Positions 58,828 to 64,000 of a DNA stretch of 64,000 nucleotides are shown here, in pieces. The number at the start of each line of letters is the position of its first letter. Position 1 is the first letter of the stretch. The stretch lies in NCBI GenBank assembly GCA_965205265.1, contig CBDBGH010000003.1:5216001-5280000 (forward strand), read 5' to 3'. The position numbers and the translations under genes were made by a program. The notes under the pieces were generated by a model. That model was not told the DNA's origin. It saw nothing but the letters and a program-made list of their open reading frames with translations, and did no database searches. The stretch is from Alphaproteobacteria bacterium. GTDB lineage: Bacteria > Pseudomonadota > Alphaproteobacteria > Bin95.

Positions 58828-59775
58828 ATGTTCCTCGGAATCGACGCCTTCTCGCTCTTCGTCGTTATCGTGCTCCTGTTTGCGGTGCTGCTCGTCTTCA
58901 TGGGCGTCAAGACGGTCCCGCAAGGTCACGAATTCACGGTCGAGCGTTTCGGCCGGTACACGCGCACGTTGCCGCCCGGGCTTCATTTGATCGTTCCTGT
59001 CGTGGACCGCATCGGCCGGCGCCAGAACGTCATGGAACAGGTGACCGACGTGCCCTCGCAGGAGGTCATCACCCGGGACAACGCCATGGTGCGGGTGGAT
59101 GGCGTCGTGTTCTTCCAGGTGCTCGACGTGGTGAAGGCGTCCTATGAAGTCAGACGCCTGGAACTCTCGATCCTGAACCTGACCATGACCAACATCCGCA
59201 CGGTCATGGGGTCCATGGACCTGGACGAACTCCTTTCCCAGCGCGACAAGATCAACGCCGACCTGCTGAAGGTGGTGGACGAGGCGACTGCGCCCTGGGG
59301 CGTCAAGATCACCCGCATCGAGATCAAGGATATCTCGCCTCCCCAGGAACTTGTGGACGCCATGGCGCGACAGATGAAGGCCGAGCGCGAAAAGCGGGCC
59401 GTGATCCTGGAAGCTGAGGGTGTCAGGCAATCCGAAATCCTGCGGGCCGAAGGCGAGAAACAGGCAGCAATCCTCGATGCCGAAGGGCGACGCGAGGCGG
59501 CATTTCGGGATGCAGAGGCGCGCGAGCGCGAGGCCGAGGCGGAAGCGAGGGCGACCGAGATGGTCTCCAAGGCGATCGGCGAAGGCAACATCCAGGCGAT
59601 CAACTATTTCGTTGCCCAGAAATATGTCTCGGCCCTCGAAGGCATCGCGAGCGCCGAAAACCAGAAGATCGTCCTGATGCCCCTTGAGGCTTCAGGGGTA
59701 ATCGGTGCCGTCGGCGGCCTGACCGAGATCGCAAGGGAGGCGTTCGGCAAGGAGGCCCGGCGCCCGGCCGACTGA
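58828..59775 (+). CDS. qmcA: SPFH / stomatin-like protein
   Basis: VERFGRY, QEVITRDNA, LSQRDKIN, QMKAEREKRA. Confidence 0.93.
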   Translation: MFLGIDAFSLFVVIVLLFAVLLVFMGVKTVPQGHEFTVERFGRYTRTLPPGLHLIVPVVDRIGRRQNVMEQVTDVPSQEVITRDNAMVRVDGVVFFQVLDVVKASYEVRRLELSILNLTMTNIRTVMGSMDLDELLSQRDKINADLLKVVDEATAPWGVKITRIEIKDISPPQELVDAMARQMKAEREKRAVILEAEGVRQSEILRAEGEKQAAILDAEGRREAAFRDAEAREREAEAEARATEMVSKAIGEGNIQAINYFVAQKYVSALEGIASAENQKIVLMPLEASGVIGAVGGLTEIAREAFGKEARRPAD

Positions 59776-59791
59776 TCCGGAGGCGCGAACG

Positions 59792-60256
59792 ATGGAAGCC
59801 TTCACACCCGAGAGCATTTCCCACTGGCACTGGCTTGCCTTCGGCGTGCTCATCATGGCCCTTGAGATCGTGGCGCCCGGCGCCATCTTTCTGTGGCTCG
59901 GCATTGCCGGCCTCGGGACCGGCCTTGCGCTCGCCGCGCTGCCGGACCTGGGGTGGGAGGTCGAGCTGATCCTGTTTGCGGTGCTGTCGGTGGCCGCAAT
60001 CCTCGTCGGGCGCCGCTTCGTGGGCTCCCGGCAGCGTCCGACCGACCATCCGACGCTCAACCGGCGCGGGCACGGCATGGTCGGGGTCCGCAGCACTCTG
60101 AAGGATGCCACTGTCGACGGACGCGGAAGGATGCGCGTCGGCGACACCATGTGGGCCATCCGCACGGAAGACGAAGGGAGCGACCTGCCGGAGGGCGCGG
60201 AAGTGTCGGTTGTCGGCGTGGACGGGCCGACGCTGATTGTTCGCAAAATCTGCTAG
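59792..60256 (+). CDS. NfeD-family membrane protein
   Basis: WHWL..G...EI..PG..FLWLG, LNRRG, GDT.W; usual partner of SPFH genes. Confidence 0.9.
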   Translation: MEAFTPESISHWHWLAFGVLIMALEIVAPGAIFLWLGIAGLGTGLALAALPDLGWEVELILFAVLSVAAILVGRRFVGSRQRPTDHPTLNRRGHGMVGVRSTLKDATVDGRGRMRVGDTMWAIRTEDEGSDLPEGAEVSVVGVDGPTLIVRKIC

Positions 60257-60429
60257 ACCGTTGTTCGACACCTTCCATATCGTCGACGAGGACGGAGAAA
60301 CGCAGCGGGTGTTCGAGGCGCGGTCGGAAGAGGCCGCCTGGCGCATCCTGGAATCCCTCGTCGCCGAACCGGATATTCCGGCAGGCGAGTACATGCTGCT
60401 CAAGGAAATCGGGACCCTGGACAGGACGG

Positions 60430-60711
60430 ATGACTGACCGGGTATTCATCGCCCGGCGGCCGGATGGCAGCATGTCGCCGATCTGGTGGCGGCGCGAGCC
60501 GGACCAGAGCCGCCTCGGGAAGAAGGTCGACTACCGGCCTTTCGTCCGCGAGGAACTGGCGGACGGATTGTTCGAGGCGCTCCAGGCACTGGCCAGCACC
60601 CCCGGCGTCCAGATCGGCATGAGCGCCTACGCGGCGCCCAAGACGGTCGAGAAGGTCAATGCGGCCCTCGCGGCATACAGCAAAAGCAGAAGCCGGCCGC
60701 CGGAGCCTTGA
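60430..60711 (+). CDS. Hypothetical protein
   Basis: ATG with RBS; ends RPPEP. Confidence 0.5.
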   Translation: MTDRVFIARRPDGSMSPIWWRREPDQSRLGKKVDYRPFVREELADGLFEALQALASTPGVQIGMSAYAAPKTVEKVNAALAAYSKSRSRPPEP

Positions 60712-60724
60712 ACGGCTCCGTCGT

Positions 60725-61558
60725 CTAGGGGCCGCCCGGCCCGGACACGGCCGGAGACTCGCGGCTCTCCGGAGAAAGCAGGGCGCCGTCCGCAAGACGT
60801 TCGATCACACCGCCGGCGCCGCCGGTATGGGCGGCGACCGTGTGCGGGCCGGGCTCGGCCGCGTACCACGCCACCGCGCCACCGGGCCAGACCGGCTTGT
60901 CCGCCCTGTAGATCAGATAGCCCGGTGCTCCGGTTTCACTCTTGCGGACCGGAGTGCTGCCGGCGCCAACCACAACGTCAGCCGTGAGCCGGGCCACCAA
61001 TTCGTCACCGACATGGACGCTGGCGCCTTCCAGGGTCGGCAGTGGATCGCCTGGTTCCCAGGACCCGGCGTAATCCCTGGGATGCGTGTCATGGAGATCG
61101 CCGGAGATGGCGGCAGCCAGGGCCGCGGTGTCCTCCAGCACGGCATTCGGCAGGCGTGTCGTCCACCGGGTGCCATCCGCCTCGACGACCGTGGCGGCGG
61201 TCTCGGCTGCATAGCGGTCATACTCCGCCTGGGGCGCGCCCAGGAACAGCCATCCGCCGAGATCCGGTCTCCAGGTCAGGCGGGAGAGAGCGTTCTGCTC
61301 GGCTTCACCCACCCCTCCGACATCCAGAATTACCGGAGCAGCAAAAAGCATCTCGCCGGCGGCTGAGGGTTCGCCGCCGGGGTCGTAAGGGGCGACATCC
61401 ATGTCGGGACAGCTCCAGAGACTGCCGATATCGAGCGGACGGCAAAGCCAGTTGGCCTGGCGGAACGCCGCCCGCATGGAGTCATCGGAGATCGTGACCA
61501 GAAATGCATCGCCGTCCCCGGCGTCCAGAATTACGTCCGGATACCTCCGTGCCCTCAT
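60725..61558 (-). CDS. Hypothetical protein
   Basis: 277-aa acidic ORF with RBS; ends GPGGP. Confidence 0.65.
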   Translation of the reverse strand: MRARRYPDVILDAGDGDAFLVTISDDSMRAAFRQANWLCRPLDIGSLWSCPDMDVAPYDPGGEPSAAGEMLFAAPVILDVGGVGEAEQNALSRLTWRPDLGGWLFLGAPQAEYDRYAAETAATVVEADGTRWTTRLPNAVLEDTAALAAAISGDLHDTHPRDYAGSWEPGDPLPTLEGASVHVGDELVARLTADVVVGAGSTPVRKSETGAPGYLIYRADKPVWPGGAVAWYAAEPGPHTVAAHTGGAGGVIERLADGALLSPESRESPAVSGPGGP

Positions 61559-61708
61559 TTCCTGTACCCCCTTCGGAACCAGTTCCCTGACAATACCCGT
61601 GTTCGCTGAAAATTCCCTTCACATGCCGCGTCGGTGCCCGGTCATGTGGATGGGTCCGTGCCTCCGTTGTTGCGGCGCAAGACCGTTCCGGATTTTCAGG
61701 GAAGTGCG

Positions 61709-62830
61709 CTAGTGTCCTGATTCTGAAGTTTTGATGATTTTCATCTGGCGTTCGGCAGTTTCCAGCGTCCGCAGACAGAAGCGCTTGATGGTGGCAAGGA
61801 TGTCGTCGGCGGATTTGGTCCAGCGGAAGGGTCGCGGGTCGGCGTTGACGGTGTCGATGTAGTTCCGGATGGCCTGCTCGAGTTCCTGGGGCGAGCGATG
61901 AACCCCGCGCCTGAGCTGTTTCTCGGTCAAGAGTGCGAAGAAGCGCTCGACCTGGTTGAGCCAGGAGGCGCCGGTGGGCGTGAAGTGGACATGCCAGCGG
62001 GGATGCCGGGCCAGCCAACGCCGGACGGCGGGCGTCTTGTGGGTTGCGTAGTTGTCCATCACCAGATGGACGTCGAGTTCGCCGGGGACCTGGGCTTCGA
62101 GCGTGCGCAGGAACTTGAGGAACTCCCGGCTGCGGTGGCGCGGCAAGCACTGGCCGATGACCCGGCCGGTGGCGATGTCCAGCGCCGCGAACAGCGTGGT
62201 GGTGCCATGGCGCGTGTAGTCATGAGTACGCCGCTCGACCTGACCCGGCCGCATGGGAAGCAGCGGGCGGGAGCGGTCCAGAGCTTGGATCTGGCTCTTC
62301 TCATCGACGCAGAGCACCAGCGCGCGCTCGGGCGGGTCGAGATAGAGGCCGACAATGTCCCGCACCTTCTCCACAAACAGTGGGTCCGACGACAGCTTGA
62401 ACGTCTCCGAGCGATGCGGCTGCAGGCCGAAAGCCTGCCAGATGCGATGGATCGTCGAGGGCGCATAGCCTGCAGCGCGCGCCATCGAGCGCAGGCTCCA
62501 ATGCGTGCCGTCGGGGGGTGTTTCTTCCAGGGTGCGGGCAATGACCTCCGCAACCTCCTCGTCACCGATCTTGCGCGGAGCGCCCGGGCGCGGCTCGTCA
62601 TAGAGCCCGTCAAGCCCGCGCTCGGCAAAACGCCGCCGCCATTTGCCGACCGTATTCGCATCCGCTCCCAAGCGCGCAACTATCGCCTTGTTCTCCAGAC
62701 CCTCAGCAGCAGCCAGGACAATCCGAGCCCGACGCGCCAGTCCCTGCGCCGTCTTCCGACGCCGCGCCAAACCCTCCAACTCTCGTCGTTCTGCTGCCGA
62801 CAAAGTAATCGCGACCGCTGCTCTCCCCAC
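61709..62830 (-). CDS. IS630 transposase
   Basis: Identical to 17971..19092. Confidence 0.95.
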   Translation of the reverse strand: MGRAAVAITLSAAERRELEGLARRRKTAQGLARRARIVLAAAEGLENKAIVARLGADANTVGKWRRRFAERGLDGLYDEPRPGAPRKIGDEEVAEVIARTLEETPPDGTHWSLRSMARAAGYAPSTIHRIWQAFGLQPHRSETFKLSSDPLFVEKVRDIVGLYLDPPERALVLCVDEKSQIQALDRSRPLLPMRPGQVERRTHDYTRHGTTTLFAALDIATGRVIGQCLPRHRSREFLKFLRTLEAQVPGELDVHLVMDNYATHKTPAVRRWLARHPRWHVHFTPTGASWLNQVERFFALLTEKQLRRGVHRSPQELEQAIRNYIDTVNADPRPFRWTKSADDILATIKRFCLRTLETAERQMKIIKTSESGH

Positions 62831-62889
62831 CGGTCAGCCCTCCATCAAAACCGATAATCTTATTCTAATAAACTTCTCGATCAGGATAC
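61712..62889 (-). mobile_element. IS630-family element, copy 2
   Basis: Same length and ends as copy 1, opposite orientation, TA at 61710 and 62890; the internal ORF translations are identical. Confidence 0.95.
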
Positions 62890-62946
62890 TAGATAGAATT
62901 TCTCGAAACGACGATGAATCGCGCAGTCGCGGTGAAAGGAGGGGCG

Positions 62947-63447
62947 ATGGGGACCAGAGCGCTGATCTGCGGCCGGACCGCTGAGGGGCCGCGGGCAATC
63001 CATGTCGGCTTTGACGGGGACCCGGAAGCCGCGGGGCTGCTCCTCGAGGAACATTACGCCACCCCGGAGGCCGTGGAGGAGCTTCTCGAGCTCGGGAACC
63101 TCCGGAGGCTCGGGGCGGTCCCGACCCTGTGCGAGCAGGCCAGCAGCCCGCAAGCCCTTCTGGTGAACATGGTCGATGACAATGCCTATGTGGGCGAGAG
63201 CCTCGTGTCGGCCATCAACGGCGGGGGAGCGCCCGGAGCTGCGTCCTTCGATATCGACTGGGCCTATGCGTTCGAGGACGGGTTCTGGGAGTGCATGCCC
63301 GGACCGTACGGCGCCACGCGCTGGGAAGGCATGTCCATCGACCAGGGAGTGGAAATGGTCCGTCAGGAACGGGACGATGCCGAAGCCGAAAACATGATGG
63401 CGATGGAATCCAACGAGGATGACCTGCCGTCGCCGGCACCGTGCTGA
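62947..63447 (+). CDS. Single-domain paralog of 55103..55996
   Basis: MGTRALICG...DGDPE..G..L..HY...LLELG.L..LG...WAYAF; ends LPSPAPC. Confidence 0.75.
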   Translation: MGTRALICGRTAEGPRAIHVGFDGDPEAAGLLLEEHYATPEAVEELLELGNLRRLGAVPTLCEQASSPQALLVNMVDDNAYVGESLVSAINGGGAPGAASFDIDWAYAFEDGFWECMPGPYGATRWEGMSIDQGVEMVRQERDDAEAENMMAMESNEDDLPSPAPC

Positions 63448-63468
63448 CACGGCCCCGGAACCAGCCGG

Positions 63469-63891
63469 GTGACGGCAATGGATGACAGAGCCATGAAGGG
63501 CCATGTCCTGTCGGCGGCAGCAGTGGACTGCAAGAGGCTGTCGGGCCCCGCACTGCGGGCCTTCTTCCGCATTGCCTCATTATGGGGGCTGTCGATGGAA
63601 GAGCAGATGACGCTTCTGGGCGTGAGCGCGCATTCCGTCGTCTTCAGGTGGAAGAAGGATGCGGACGCGGTTCTCCCGAGGGATGCGCTGGAGCGCATCT
63701 CCTGCATGTTGGGTATCTACAAGGCCCTCCAGATCCTGCTGCCGGAGGAGAACGCGGCGCAGGAGTGGCCAAGGAGGCCGAACGGGGCGGTGCTGTTCGG
63801 GGGACGTGCGCCGCTCGCCAGGATGCTGTCGGGCCAGGCCGCGGACCTGTTCGCGGTGAGGCAGTATCTGGATGCTCATCGGGAGGGGTAG
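63469..63891 (+). CDS. Xre/MbcA/ParS-type antitoxin
   Basis: RAFFRIA..WGL...Q..LLG, ERIS..LGIYKAL..L, RPN...FGG..PL..M, VRQYLDA. Confidence 0.88.
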   Translation: MTAMDDRAMKGHVLSAAAVDCKRLSGPALRAFFRIASLWGLSMEEQMTLLGVSAHSVVFRWKKDADAVLPRDALERISCMLGIYKALQILLPEENAAQEWPRRPNGAVLFGGRAPLARMLSGQAADLFAVRQYLDAHREG

Positions 63892-64000
63892 GTGTATTGA
63901 GGAGGCGGCGGAAGCTGCCTCCCGGGCCGGCAAATGGAGCTGTGGAGGCACTCTTGCCGGGGTTGGTTCCGCAAATCAGAGCGTCACGGACCTTCGCGCC

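Noticed and set aside
63892-64000. RES toxin downstream of the Xre antitoxin
   Set aside because: Expected from family context, but no RES motif is visible before the window ends

Overview
GC-rich 64-kb segment with no core-chromosome character and no virion genes. It looks like part of a large alphaproteobacterial mobile replicon (megaplasmid, ICE or phage-plasmid; this is inference). It carries its own replication and nucleotide genes (dnaB, dciA, recD2, nrdJ, thyX, a tyrosine recombinase) and translation parts (prfB, tRNA-Lys). It also has an orphan CRISPR mini-array, ten pentapeptide-repeat and two ankyrin proteins, orphan methylases (dcm-vsr and a disrupted N6 MTase), several small paralogous hypothetical families, one IS66 and two identical IS630 copies. 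The most unusual signals are: (1) about 22 unrelated proteins end in Pro, mostly with acidic P-x-P or G-P tails, suggesting a shared C-terminal sorting signal; (2) the element-encoded RF2 has CTT-TAG instead of CTT-TGA at its +1 frameshift site, so it would respond to RF1 rather than to itself; (3) an intact TnpB sits in a transposase-less element bounded by 23-bp inverted repeats and an 8-bp target duplication, which is DDE-type rather than IS200/IS605-type; (4) a second TIR/TSD cassette carries a nucleotidyltransferase gene; (5) an unrecognised three-paralog family lies behind integrase-RecD2. All family calls come from motif recognition by eye; no searches were run.
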